Program-made: the position numbers and the translations under genes | Sequence record: MW760841.1 | DNA length: 64,000 nt | Strand: one strand, 5' to 3' | In this document: positions 1-9,874 of the stretch, piece by piece | How the letters are laid out: every line of letters starts with the position of its first letter | Position numbering within the stretch: position 1 is the first letter of the stretch | Notes under the pieces: generated by a model | The model's input: the letters and a program-made list of their open reading frames with translations, nothing else | What the model was told of the DNA's origin: nothing | Database searches by the model: none

Positions 1-465
1 GGTACCATCCCGGTTAAAATCGGTCCTAAGCCCCAGGTTGGTGAACGTCTGAGCCTGGTTGTGACTCAAACCAAACTGGACGGTCTGGTGTACCCAGATG
101 GCCCAAGCGATGCGAAAGGCCAGGGTTACATCTACTCCTACGGCGTAGACTGCACCGCGATTGCTGACTTCCTGAAAGTTCAGGCCGAAGGTGTTATCGC
201 AGAAGACTCTGCATTCCCGGTTGAACTGAACAAAGTGGTTCCGGAACTGTGGGTTGACAGCGACACGGCGGCAGACTACAACCTACACGGGGCGAACGTC
301 CTGTACGTTGGCCCAACTGCGGATGACGGTACTGCCACTGGCGAAGAGCCGAAGAAACCTGTGGAAGGCGCAAACACTGCGTACAACCAGGTGCTGAAAC
401 TGCAACTGTCTGACACCCTGTGCTCCAACTTCCAGGGCATCATGTTCCTGCACTTCAATGCCTAA
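1..465 (+). CDS. Virion structural protein, paralogue family F (5' truncated by window)
   Basis: Frame is open from base 1 (GTIPVKIGPK...). It shares TKLDGLxYP, YSYGxDxT and a C-terminal LHFN/YN motif with the next three ORFs. Confidence 0.7.
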   Translation, partial: GTIPVKIGPKPQVGERLSLVVTQTKLDGLVYPDGPSDAKGQGYIYSYGVDCTAIADFLKVQAEGVIAEDSAFPVELNKVVPELWVDSDTAADYNLHGANVLYVGPTADDGTATGEEPKKPVEGANTAYNQVLKLQLSDTLCSNFQGIMFLHFNA

Positions 466-477
466 TTAGGCCGCGCT

Positions 478-499
478 GGGAGGAGGGATTCCTCCTCCT
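478..499 (+). terminator. Stem-loop GGAGGAGG-GATT-CCTCCTCC, probable intrinsic terminator
   Basis: 8-bp perfect stem just after the stop codon; T-tract about 10 nt downstream. Confidence 0.55.
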
Positions 500-537
500 G
501 GCACACTCCTTTCTTTTTTTAGGCCGAGGAGGCTACT

Positions 538-1377
538 ATGGCTTTATATAGTCTGTCTCAGCGACAATTCCTGTACGATGCGATTAACGCCGAGAACCCT
601 GGTGCGATTATGCCCATGGACCTGGACAACGCCAACTTTGGCGTGCCGAAGGCTATCACACCGACAGCAAGCGGAGCCAACACCGAGATTACCGTGCGCG
701 GACGTCAAGGTCGTGGTTACGTGGGCGTGCAGACGTTCCGCTATAAACGCTTGTCGCTGAACGACTTGTTCAGGAACATGACCCCACAGGTCACTGCGCC
801 GAATGCGTACGGCTGGTTGAACGTGCCGTCCAAACGGTTGGCTTTTGCCCAGAACCTGAACGGCCGTTATGGATTGAACCTGGAAGCAGATGATATCCCT
901 GAGCAGTACATCTACCTGAACCTGAGCAATACCTTGCGAGTAAACGCGAGCTGTATTCAGTACACGGGTACCATCACCTTCATGTCGATTCGTGGGAAGA
1001 ACAACCTCGAAGAACTGGTGGTGAACGATATCCTGCTGGCACTGTCTCACCCGACCGATGCGAAGCTCGACAAGAAATACATGGGCTTCCTGACCTACGG
1101 GGAAGACTTCACGGATGAAGTGCAGGTTATGGCGTCGTTCAAAGACGGTCGTCTGGACGTGGGTGGCAACTTCGACAGCGGGTACACCACAAACTTGATG
1201 GCGACTTTAGTAGCGCGAGGCATTCCGGCGTTCGATCCTACCGGGGCAAGTATTAAGCGGTATAAAACCACTGCACTCCCGGCAGCGAATCAGGCGTACG
1301 ATAACGTATTGTACATCACGCAGATTCAAAAGGATGCTAACGTCATCGGCGAGTGCATGCTGCACTACAACAATTAG
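538..1377 (+). CDS. Virion structural protein, family F (279 aa)
   Basis: GAGG RBS. N-terminal GANT..RG..G.GY.G...F.YKRL.L domain and C-terminal TYGEDFT...LHYNN, both shared with neighbours. Confidence 0.75.
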   Translation: MALYSLSQRQFLYDAINAENPGAIMPMDLDNANFGVPKAITPTASGANTEITVRGRQGRGYVGVQTFRYKRLSLNDLFRNMTPQVTAPNAYGWLNVPSKRLAFAQNLNGRYGLNLEADDIPEQYIYLNLSNTLRVNASCIQYTGTITFMSIRGKNNLEELVVNDILLALSHPTDAKLDKKYMGFLTYGEDFTDEVQVMASFKDGRLDVGGNFDSGYTTNLMATLVARGIPAFDPTGASIKRYKTTALPAANQAYDNVLYITQIQKDANVIGECMLHYNN

Positions 1378-1388
1378 GAACTAAGCGA

Positions 1389-2276
1389 ATGGCAATTTAT
1401 CAACCTTCAAAAGACGTCCTGTTGGCGGTTTTGAACTCTGCGAACTCGCTGAGTGTCAAGATGACCGACATCACTTGGTCTGCGCCGAAGGACATTCGTG
1501 GGACGGAGAAAGAAACCACGACTGGCCGTAACACGCAGATTAAAATCACTGCCGATGGTGTAGTGGGTTCTACCTGGTCAGGTAAGAAGAACATCTACTA
1601 TAATCGCATGAAAGTGGAAGACCTGGTTATCCTGCTGGGTGACACCCTGGCTATCGGGCCATCCAACGCCAGCCTGTATGCCGCTATTCCTGGTCTGAAC
1701 CAGCGTTATGGCTTCGTGCTGGAAACTGCCGACCTGGTGGATGCTGAAATCGAATGGAACCCGGAGAAAACCGCCGGTACAGTTCGTGTGGCAGCCGCGC
1801 ATGATTCTATCGGTTGGATTGGGGCTTACACCTTCAAAGTCGTCCGTGGCGATGAATCTCTGGTGTCTGCGGTCACGACCAACGTCCTGACGGGTCTGAA
1901 ATACCCGAACGGTCAGATGGGTTCCGAAACCGTCAACGGTATCATTGCGCCAGTGTACTCTTACCCGTACAACTTCACCAAGTACCGCGACCAGATGCTG
2001 GCCTTCACACCGGGTGTGCTGTCCGGTCAGCCGCTGACCGATATGGTCAACATCCTGAAAGACATCACGGGTACGGCATGGGTCTCTACCACTGCGGCCT
2101 CTTACGGTCTGGCCGGTGGCGAAGTGCTGAGCGTGGGTCTCAACGATCCTGTTGCAATGCCAACCAACGCGAAGTACAAGTACGCTCTGGTGCTCAAACT
2201 GCCAGCTACCTGTACCTCCATCGTCGGTACCATGTACCTCCAGTTCAACGACCTGGATGACCCAAGCGAGGTGTAA
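1389..2276 (+). CDS. Virion structural protein, family F (start moved to ATG 1389)
   Basis: AGGAA RBS before MAIYQPSK. TGRNT..YYNRM domain, LTGLKYP, YSYPYNFT, MYLQFN. Confidence 0.75.
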   Translation: MAIYQPSKDVLLAVLNSANSLSVKMTDITWSAPKDIRGTEKETTTGRNTQIKITADGVVGSTWSGKKNIYYNRMKVEDLVILLGDTLAIGPSNASLYAAIPGLNQRYGFVLETADLVDAEIEWNPEKTAGTVRVAAAHDSIGWIGAYTFKVVRGDESLVSAVTTNVLTGLKYPNGQMGSETVNGIIAPVYSYPYNFTKYRDQMLAFTPGVLSGQPLTDMVNILKDITGTAWVSTTAASYGLAGGEVLSVGLNDPVAMPTNAKYKYALVLKLPATCTSIVGTMYLQFNDLDDPSEV

Positions 2277-2279
2277 GTC

Positions 2280-3107
2280 ATGCTCAATTACGCTAAACCG
2301 TCAAACGAGCTAGTCTTTGACCTCATTAACCGCGACAACCCGAATTTGCCTATTAAGGTCGATGCCAGTAACTGCTACGTGGAGAAGATTACCACCGTGC
2401 CAGTGAACGCAGCTTCGAATAACCGCAATACGTCGGCGCGTTTACGTGGGGTGCAAGGCTCGGGCTTCCGTGACGCGATTACGGTGTATTACGACCGTGT
2501 CAACCTGTCCCGTTTAATGCCGTGGGGTACCGCAGTACAGACGCAGTTTGTCACCTTTGATGCACCAACCCTGCATGCGGCGTTTGCGGTGCTGCTCGAT
2601 ACGTACGGGATTAACTTCGCGGCTATCGACATCACCAACTACGCGTTGAGTGGGGTAAGTTCACCGAACTACACCAGTACGGTTAACATCAGTGCCTTGG
2701 GCACGTCTCCGGCCTACGTCGGTTCGACAGCGGCGCGCTATAGCCGTGGTCTGCCGGTACTGGACACCTCGGTGAAAGTGGATGGTCTGGATGCACTGAA
2801 AGCGCCAGTAGACCCCGCACTGAACAAGAAGTGTGTGGATATGCTGACGTACGGTATCGACTTCACGGCGTACAAAAACCTGCTGACGGTAGATGCCTCT
2901 GGTCTGCCACAGTGGGCGGGGTTACGTAAGGTACTGGATGACCTGGGTATCCCAGCATACGCGGGACCACTGAACAGTAACACCGTTCAGGACGTGGCAA
3001 CCTCCACGGCACAGTTTGCGAACAAATCGTACGACCGTGTGGTTATCCAGACCGGTATCGATGAAACCGGCATCAAGGGTGTGGCCTATTACCACTACAA
3101 CAGTTAA
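2280..3107 (+). CDS. Virion structural protein, family F (275 aa)
   Basis: NNRNT..YYDRVNL domain, TYGIDFT, YYHYNS. Confidence 0.75.
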   Translation: MLNYAKPSNELVFDLINRDNPNLPIKVDASNCYVEKITTVPVNAASNNRNTSARLRGVQGSGFRDAITVYYDRVNLSRLMPWGTAVQTQFVTFDAPTLHAAFAVLLDTYGINFAAIDITNYALSGVSSPNYTSTVNISALGTSPAYVGSTAARYSRGLPVLDTSVKVDGLDALKAPVDPALNKKCVDMLTYGIDFTAYKNLLTVDASGLPQWAGLRKVLDDLGIPAYAGPLNSNTVQDVATSTAQFANKSYDRVVIQTGIDETGIKGVAYYHYNS

Positions 3108-3110
3108 TGT

Positions 3111-3128
3111 AAGGCCCTTCGGGGCCTT
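3111..3128 (+). terminator. Intrinsic terminator AAGGCCC-TTCG-GGGCCTT
   Basis: Perfect stem, UUCG loop, followed by T's. Confidence 0.8.
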
Positions 3129-3158
3129 TTGTAGTGTTGTGGGACGTTAGGAGTCACT

Positions 3159-4538
3159 ATGCAATTCTATTCTAAAGCAGCATTGGAGTTGGTCTACGAC
3201 CAGGTGAACCGGGATAACCCGCAGCTGCCTGTGAAGTTGTCTCCTACCATCGCTGCCCTGACGAGTGGCCCGTCTGTAAGCTCGACAAACGGACGTAACA
3301 CAAGAGCAGTCTTTACCGGGTTTCCTGGGAGCGGCGTACAAGGGAATGTCACCCTGTACTACGATCGGGTAAACCTGGCCACCTTATTTAATTTTGTCCC
3401 GTTGGTGTATCTGCCCTCCACGGTAACAACTTATCGAGATGCGCTACCGCTGCTGAATGTGGCGTTAGGGTTAGCCTTAACGGCTGGAGACATCACGACA
3501 CCCGATGCGACACTGGCTAAATCCAGCGGTGTGCCTCAAAACGGCAAAATAACGATTGTGACATCCTGTCCGGCTTTCGCCGGGAGTCTGAGCTTTAGCT
3601 ATATGCTCAAGGGTGCAGGGTATTATCCGAACTCTGGACCGGGACCGAAGCAGTTACTGCACGGTGACTCGCTCATGGGCTACTTTGGCCGTGTATCAGA
3701 GAAGGACTTGTATACACACTCGGAACTGTTCACTTTGTTGTTGAACGGAACCGCCGCGTCGGCTGCCAGCGGAACCGAGGGCTGGTATAAGTTCTTCTGT
3801 CAGGGTGCGGTTATCTACCTACCAGTCACGCCAATGGCCAGTGGGGTGAGTTGGAGTATGTTGTACAACGCAGGCATCGTATACGGTGTGGACGGTGTGG
3901 GGAGTTACCCAATGTCACCGAGCGTGAGCCAAGCGAAAATCCTCACGAAGGATACAACCAGCGACGGACGCATTTACCTCCGGCCGAAACTCCCGACCGC
4001 CAGTAAGGCTGATCCAATGTCGACTGCCACCGGGTCACTGTCTGCTTCAGAGCTATCGGGCAGCGTACTTGACATGATGATGAAAGTGCGTGACGGTACC
4101 TGGGAAAGCAACACGTACGCAGGCTGGACGAACTGGGTGCAGATGCTCAACAGTGTTCAGGGACAGACACAAAACAACAAACTGGTGACTATGCTAGGCC
4201 AGAGTGCCGCAAACGTCAGTAAGACAACCGCTGGGGCGGGGTATTACTGGTGGCCAGTATTGGAGCTGGTTGACAAGAACGGCACCACGCTCGGCCTGGA
4301 AGAACTTCGTGCTAACGTCGATCACACGTTGCAGCCTATTACATTTACGCCCGAGTTAACGTTGCAGATTGCACCGGTTGCGTTGACTAACGCGAAAACG
4401 GTCGACTATGCACCGATACTGTTTGGCACGGATAACAGTCTCCAGATTACACCGACAATGTTTGGTTTACCGAAGACCGTGGACTTTGCACCTATCACCT
4501 TCACCGCAGAAATCTATACGCCACCCGCAGAGGGGTAA
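3159..4538 (+). CDS. Cassette 1 gene A: virion/tail-associated protein (NGRNT domain + GPGP/GYFG domain + Pro-rich tail)
   Basis: AGGAG RBS. NGRNT..YYDRVNL, SGPGPKQLLHGDSLMGYFG, WYKFFCQG, WWPVLEL. Confidence 0.75.
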   Translation: MQFYSKAALELVYDQVNRDNPQLPVKLSPTIAALTSGPSVSSTNGRNTRAVFTGFPGSGVQGNVTLYYDRVNLATLFNFVPLVYLPSTVTTYRDALPLLNVALGLALTAGDITTPDATLAKSSGVPQNGKITIVTSCPAFAGSLSFSYMLKGAGYYPNSGPGPKQLLHGDSLMGYFGRVSEKDLYTHSELFTLLLNGTAASAASGTEGWYKFFCQGAVIYLPVTPMASGVSWSMLYNAGIVYGVDGVGSYPMSPSVSQAKILTKDTTSDGRIYLRPKLPTASKADPMSTATGSLSASELSGSVLDMMMKVRDGTWESNTYAGWTNWVQMLNSVQGQTQNNKLVTMLGQSAANVSKTTAGAGYYWWPVLELVDKNGTTLGLEELRANVDHTLQPITFTPELTLQIAPVALTNAKTVDYAPILFGTDNSLQITPTMFGLPKTVDFAPITFTAEIYTPPAEG

Positions 4539-4543
4539 TTAAC

Positions 4544-5548
4544 ATGTCATTTACATTACGTTGGAAAAACCCAAACGTAATTGCGACGGTAGTGAACATC
4601 TACCGCGACACCAAGGATATTGTGGTGTCTGCGTTACCTGCCCCTATCGCGACCCTAACGAATGGGGAAACCGAATGGAAGGATAACACCGCATTACCGG
4701 GTGGGACTTACTGGTACCTGGCGACGGTTACCGCCAACGGTAAGACCGTGGCGACCTCCAGTCAGAAATACGTGATCGAAGTCAAGCGCGGGATTGGCCC
4801 GATGACCTTCCTGTACGGCGATGACCGTCTGGGGTTCTTAGGTGCCGTGCCGTACGAAGAACAATGGCAACCAGGACAAATGCCCGCGTCCTTCCTGTCG
4901 ATGTTCCCGACGCTATTGACTGACCGAGTAGCATTGTACAAGTTCTCCCGTAATGGGAAGATGCTGTATCTGCTCTCTAACGTCAGCCAGTTCCCAGGGT
5001 TTGCTAACTGGGCGTCGCTGTACCAGGCAGGTCTGGTGTATGGGACGGATGATTTTGGGCCAGTGGGTGGGCACGGTACACTGCCGGACACACTACAAAA
5101 CGCCAAGATTATTCACAATGGGGATACCTACCGCATGCGGTTGATGCGTGGTCTGTCTGGACACAAAGACCCGGCCGCGTTCCCGTTTGTGGAGGCGTAC
5201 AATCAGAAAGACCACGATGCAGTGGCGGCATTAACTGCGCCGTGTGAATTCAACGACCTGATCTATACCATGGTAAGTGAAGTACCGGTGAAACAACGTT
5301 GGGCAAACTGGAACAACCTGAGCTATACGTACGTTGGGCGTAACGACATCACGTCTGGTATCGCGTACTACACCGGCGGAACGGTGTGTATGGAACACGA
5401 TACGGCTATTGACCGTGTACTGCACCGCGCACGTTTCGATAACACCGGCGCAACGGTATCTCCCCCGGTTTCCTGCATCCAGAAAATTAACTACTGCACG
5501 GCAGCCCAGCAGGGTCGTTACTACCCCGTGTTTGAACTGGTGGAATAA
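4544..5548 (+). CDS. Cassette 1 gene B: FN3-like N-domain + GPGP/GYFG-type domain, virion protein
   Basis: MSFTLRWKNPN...IYR...W.D...Y.Y pattern; LY.AG.VYG; YYPVFEL. Confidence 0.72.
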   Translation: MSFTLRWKNPNVIATVVNIYRDTKDIVVSALPAPIATLTNGETEWKDNTALPGGTYWYLATVTANGKTVATSSQKYVIEVKRGIGPMTFLYGDDRLGFLGAVPYEEQWQPGQMPASFLSMFPTLLTDRVALYKFSRNGKMLYLLSNVSQFPGFANWASLYQAGLVYGTDDFGPVGGHGTLPDTLQNAKIIHNGDTYRMRLMRGLSGHKDPAAFPFVEAYNQKDHDAVAALTAPCEFNDLIYTMVSEVPVKQRWANWNNLSYTYVGRNDITSGIAYYTGGTVCMEHDTAIDRVLHRARFDNTGATVSPPVSCIQKINYCTAAQQGRYYPVFELVE

Positions 5549-5557
5549 GGAGCGGTC

Positions 5558-6487
5558 ATGACTATTCGTTTAAGCTGGCCGTCTCAGGTCGACAAAGCCC
5601 TTACTGGGATTGAGATTTACCGTAAGGTGGGCTGGAACGCCACCATCGATGTGTATAATCCAGGGACACCATTGGCGACCTTGGCGGGAGACGCCGTGGA
5701 GTTCGTTGAGGATGTCGCGAATCTGACCTCCAAGACGATTTACAAATACTGGGTAGCCGCCGTGAAAGGTTCTGAACGTCTGTTCAGTCAGCCGATTACA
5801 CAAGGCTTCTTCCTGGACACGGGGCCCGGCCCCCAAACCCTGAAACGTGGTGACTGGTATGCGGGGTATTTCGGCACGTTGACGAACGCTGAGTTTTTCA
5901 ACTCAACTGAAATCAAACAGCAGCTCCCTGTCGCTAAGGGTAACTTGTTCCAGTACGATCCACCGATTTGGTACAAGTTCGTTTATAAAGGCCGTATCAT
6001 TTTCGTGCCAAACAGTCGTCACGCCTCAGGCTACGCTTTTACCGATGCGTATAGTCAGGGTATGGCCTACGGCACCGAAGACAACGGACTGATTGTCCCT
6101 ACTGGCAAAAACCCCATTAAGCAGGACACCAAAATCACCAAAGATGGGCGTACCTATCGCGTACGTTTACCGTACGCGTTGGATTACGATACCGTAAGTG
6201 GCGCGACTGCCGATTACAGTAACGGCGAATGGCGCAACACGATGGGGCGTATGTTTGCGGGAGTGTCGGCAGCTTTTGCGTTACTGGGATTGGGGGCATG
6301 GGATAATCTGCCGTTACTTGGCTCAACCTCGGCCACGACCGATGCCGGGGCTGCGGCAATGGTACCAATGTACCAGGTCGGGACGACTTTGTACGCTCAA
6401 GGATATAGCACGATGGCCATCACGACTTCCAACACACCAACTGGCGCACACACGTTGTGGTTTGTGTTCGAGTTAATTTTACCGTAA
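5558..6487 (+). CDS. Cassette 1 gene C: FN3-like N-domain + GPGP/GYFG domain, virion protein
   Basis: MTIRLSW..Q; GPGPQTLKRGDWYAGYFG; WYKFVYKGRIIFVP. Confidence 0.72.
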   Translation: MTIRLSWPSQVDKALTGIEIYRKVGWNATIDVYNPGTPLATLAGDAVEFVEDVANLTSKTIYKYWVAAVKGSERLFSQPITQGFFLDTGPGPQTLKRGDWYAGYFGTLTNAEFFNSTEIKQQLPVAKGNLFQYDPPIWYKFVYKGRIIFVPNSRHASGYAFTDAYSQGMAYGTEDNGLIVPTGKNPIKQDTKITKDGRTYRVRLPYALDYDTVSGATADYSNGEWRNTMGRMFAGVSAAFALLGLGAWDNLPLLGSTSATTDAGAAAMVPMYQVGTTLYAQGYSTMAITTSNTPTGAHTLWFVFELILP

Positions 6488-6499
6488 TGGAGTAATACC

Positions 6500-7945
6500 A
6501 TGGGGTTGTATACAGAACCTTCAATGGAACTGCTCTGCCAACAAGTTGTCCGTGACAATCCCGAACTTGCAGGACGTATTACCGCTGACTCCATTGGGGT
6601 CAGGGGTTTACCGATTGCGAAAGCTGCGAAAGGACGAAACACGCAAATCACGTTGGTAGGAAAGCCCGGTAAAGGATTTGCCGGGGAACTGCTGGTCTAT
6701 TACGACCGGTTGGCGTTAACGGTCTTGTTCCGCGCACCAATAACTTTATACGTGCCGAAGTCGGCTACGAAAGTACAAGACTTGCTGCCGTATATCCGTG
6801 AAGTTTATGGTCTCCAGTTGGAGCCAAGCGACATCGTTAATGCGACTGCTGCATTGAGCCCATTAGCCACGTTGACTAACCTAACACTGACAGTGTCGGC
6901 CAGTTGTCCTTGTTACACCGGTACATTCACCGTCAGTTATGCTGCTCAACCTTACGGGTATTATCCGAAGAGTGGCCCAGGCAGTAAACAGTTACTCGCT
7001 GGGAATGAGTTGTACGGCTATTTCGGCAAAGTGTCTCAGGCGGAATTCGCCACCAGTGCTGAGCTGTGGCTCACGGCATTCCCTGGAATGGCTAATGGCA
7101 CGATTCCCCAAACGGGTTACGTGTGGCACAAATTCTTTATGAACGGTACCGTGGTCTATTTGCCTGACCGTGGGGTGGGTTTAACGTCATGGGCTTCACT
7201 GTACGCCGCTGGGGCGGTCTATGGTGACGGTACGACGGGCACACCTCCACCGGGGCCAGACCCGACTACCCAAACGCTGTATTACAGCAAAACCGAAAAC
7301 GGCGAAACCTCGTTCTTCAGTCTCCGTATTCCGGTAGATGGCAGTCGTGACCCAAATACGGGCTTTGGCCTGATGGCCAAACTCGGTGACGGTACTACTG
7401 GCGGGGAGTGGGGTAACGACACCACCATTCAGTTCGGTGACCAGGTCATTCTGAATACGCTGAATGCGTCCAAGAACCTGGTCGGGAACATGAAGGGGAC
7501 AGGTGGGGCATGGATTGACAGTTGGACGAACTCACAGTGGTGGCCAATCGTTGAGATGCTTGACAAGTCCTCGATGGTCGTACCGTTAGCGGATATCGAA
7601 GGGGTATTAACCTGGACCTGTCGTCCTGTGGTGTTCGACACCGCGTCAAGCACCGACGGCCTCTTCCCTATCGCGATAGAAGCGGGGACAACCCCATTAC
7701 CGAAACCAATGCCGGGCGTTGCGGATACGACCACGATTCTCGTGTTCCCAATTGGTATCGAATCGCCGACTGTTGCGGTTCCACTGCCAATGATCGCCGA
7801 GAGCGACCAAATCGGCCATGCTGCACCAATCGCGTTGATGTCACCGCACGTCGACAAACCACGGCCATTAGTGGCCACCTCTGGTAACGAATTAATAAAA
7901 ATGAATATTGCGACCACCGACGGTGAGTTGGATGGTTTTCGATAA
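6500..7945 (+). CDS. Cassette 2 gene A
   Basis: MGLY.., KGRNT, SGPGSKQLLAGNELYGYFG, WWPIVEM, C-terminal DGELDGFR. Confidence 0.75.
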   Translation: MGLYTEPSMELLCQQVVRDNPELAGRITADSIGVRGLPIAKAAKGRNTQITLVGKPGKGFAGELLVYYDRLALTVLFRAPITLYVPKSATKVQDLLPYIREVYGLQLEPSDIVNATAALSPLATLTNLTLTVSASCPCYTGTFTVSYAAQPYGYYPKSGPGSKQLLAGNELYGYFGKVSQAEFATSAELWLTAFPGMANGTIPQTGYVWHKFFMNGTVVYLPDRGVGLTSWASLYAAGAVYGDGTTGTPPPGPDPTTQTLYYSKTENGETSFFSLRIPVDGSRDPNTGFGLMAKLGDGTTGGEWGNDTTIQFGDQVILNTLNASKNLVGNMKGTGGAWIDSWTNSQWWPIVEMLDKSSMVVPLADIEGVLTWTCRPVVFDTASSTDGLFPIAIEAGTTPLPKPMPGVADTTTILVFPIGIESPTVAVPLPMIAESDQIGHAAPIALMSPHVDKPRPLVATSGNELIKMNIATTDGELDGFR

Positions 7946-7955
7946 GGAGTAAGTG

Positions 7956-8954
7956 ATGTCTTTTACACTACGTTGGAAAAACGATAACCCAGCAGGGTCA
8001 GTGGTAAAAGTGTATCGCGGGACCGCCAAGTTAAACCCGACGGCCCTACCTGCACCACTAGCAACACTCTCAAACGGTGAAGAAACCTGGACAGATACCA
8101 CGGTTCTGCTGAACACCGGCTATTACTACCTACTGACCGTCACGGTGAATGACCGTACTGCGGCTGGCCCGCAGAAATACATCGTGGTGAAAAACCGCCG
8201 TGGTGTCGGTAGCGTTGATCAGATTAACATGTTTGACACCGATGACTTGGCTTTTTTAGGCTCGATGGATTTCACTGAGCAGTGGAGTGCCGATGACTTC
8301 CCTGCGGGATTTCGTGCGCTCGTTGGTGTCAGTGGACCTGCCCAACTCTCATTCCATAAGTTCTCGCAGAACGGGCGCATGAAATACATGTTCCCGAACG
8401 GGGGGCGCTACTACAACAAACTGTTCAGTTGGAACGACATTTATAACGCCGGTCTGATGTACGGTGTGGACGGCCCTGGGCCTGAAAACGGTCGGGGTAA
8501 TTTAGCCCCCGTCGACCAGAACGGTTTGTTCGACTTCCAAGGCGATACCTATCGGATGCGTTGCTTACGCGGACTAACGTTACCTAACGAATCAACGGTC
8601 ATGACGTTACCCGACGCGTGGCACGGGGTAACCATGACGTCCATTGGTAAGGGACGTTGCGAATACAATGACCTTGTATATCCGTACAACGAATTCATCC
8701 CTGAGTCTCAGCCGATACCGAATTGGTATCAGTTGCAGAATTACCAAATGTTCAGTAGCGGGGGCGTATTCACAGGCACCGGGTACCTGTGTCAAGAACG
8801 CGATCCGGTTTCCGGTAAAGTGGTCTCCCGTGGGTCTACCCCATCGGGTAACGGCGCATCGTTGCAAATCAAAGCCGATTTGGAGATGATTAAGCTGGTT
8901 GACCCTGCGGTGGCCAATGGGGTGTTTGTTCCAGTGATTGAATTAATGGAGTAA
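7956..8954 (+). CDS. Cassette 2 gene B
   Basis: AAGGAG RBS, MSFTLRWKNDN; paralogue of 4544..5548. Confidence 0.72.
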   Translation: MSFTLRWKNDNPAGSVVKVYRGTAKLNPTALPAPLATLSNGEETWTDTTVLLNTGYYYLLTVTVNDRTAAGPQKYIVVKNRRGVGSVDQINMFDTDDLAFLGSMDFTEQWSADDFPAGFRALVGVSGPAQLSFHKFSQNGRMKYMFPNGGRYYNKLFSWNDIYNAGLMYGVDGPGPENGRGNLAPVDQNGLFDFQGDTYRMRCLRGLTLPNESTVMTLPDAWHGVTMTSIGKGRCEYNDLVYPYNEFIPESQPIPNWYQLQNYQMFSSGGVFTGTGYLCQERDPVSGKVVSRGSTPSGNGASLQIKADLEMIKLVDPAVANGVFVPVIELME

Positions 8955-8957
8955 GTT

Positions 8958-9863
8958 ATGTCAATTGTATTGAGTTGGAAACCACAACCGGGACAAACAC
9001 TCGACGCGGTAGAAATCTACCGTTATGCCGCACCTCGTGGTACCGTGAATCCGAACAGTCCGGGTACGCCACTGGCTATCCTACCGGGTAATGCCACCAC
9101 CTACGAAGACACAACCGTCACGGCGAACACAACGTACCAATACCGCATCATGTCAGTGAAAGGTTCGGATAAGGTCATGGGCTTCCCGATTATCCAGGCG
9201 GACTTCACGTACACTGGTCCTGGGCCCCAGAAACTGATTCGTGGGGATTGGTGGTGCGGTTATTTCGGCACTTTACCCAATACCGATTTCATCCTGAACT
9301 TTTCGGAGTTGAACGGTCTTATTGGTTTCAGTGCCTGGAACAACAGCCCGCTGATTTACCACAAGTTCGTCTTTAAAGGTCGCATTCTGTTTATCCCGGA
9401 TACGTGTACCCGCAACGGCACTACTTGGGAAGATCAATACCGGCAAGGACTGATGTGGGGCACCGACGATGTCGGAAACTCGCCGTACGGCATGTCTCAA
9501 AACGTTAATCAACGTAAGACGGTAGCCAAAAATGGTTTCGAATACGTCGTGCGTTTACCACGGTTAGGCGACTATAACCAAGTCCACAATGTGAACATGG
9601 GTTCGTTTAATTTTTATAGCGAGGGCGAATGGTTAAACACCTTCGGCCGACTGGTACGCTATAACGGCGCGCTGAAACGTTTTTCGGATTACGATTTACG
9701 GGCTGGAACGAATTACCCCGACGTGACCGCGACGTGGTTTGCAAATGGTTACAATTCGCAATTGCCGTGGTTTTATCGCGCGAGCACACCAGAATCGCCA
9801 ACGTACACCAACCAAAACGTGAGTGGCGTCGCCTTCCATGTTTTAGAGTTGGTTCTTAACTAG
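8958..9863 (+). CDS. Cassette 2 gene C
   Basis: MSIVLSWKPQ; GPGPQKLIRGDWWCGYFG; HKFVFKGRILFIP. Confidence 0.72.
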   Translation: MSIVLSWKPQPGQTLDAVEIYRYAAPRGTVNPNSPGTPLAILPGNATTYEDTTVTANTTYQYRIMSVKGSDKVMGFPIIQADFTYTGPGPQKLIRGDWWCGYFGTLPNTDFILNFSELNGLIGFSAWNNSPLIYHKFVFKGRILFIPDTCTRNGTTWEDQYRQGLMWGTDDVGNSPYGMSQNVNQRKTVAKNGFEYVVRLPRLGDYNQVHNVNMGSFNFYSEGEWLNTFGRLVRYNGALKRFSDYDLRAGTNYPDVTATWFANGYNSQLPWFYRASTPESPTYTNQNVSGVAFHVLELVLN

Positions 9864-9874
9864 CAGGAGACCAC

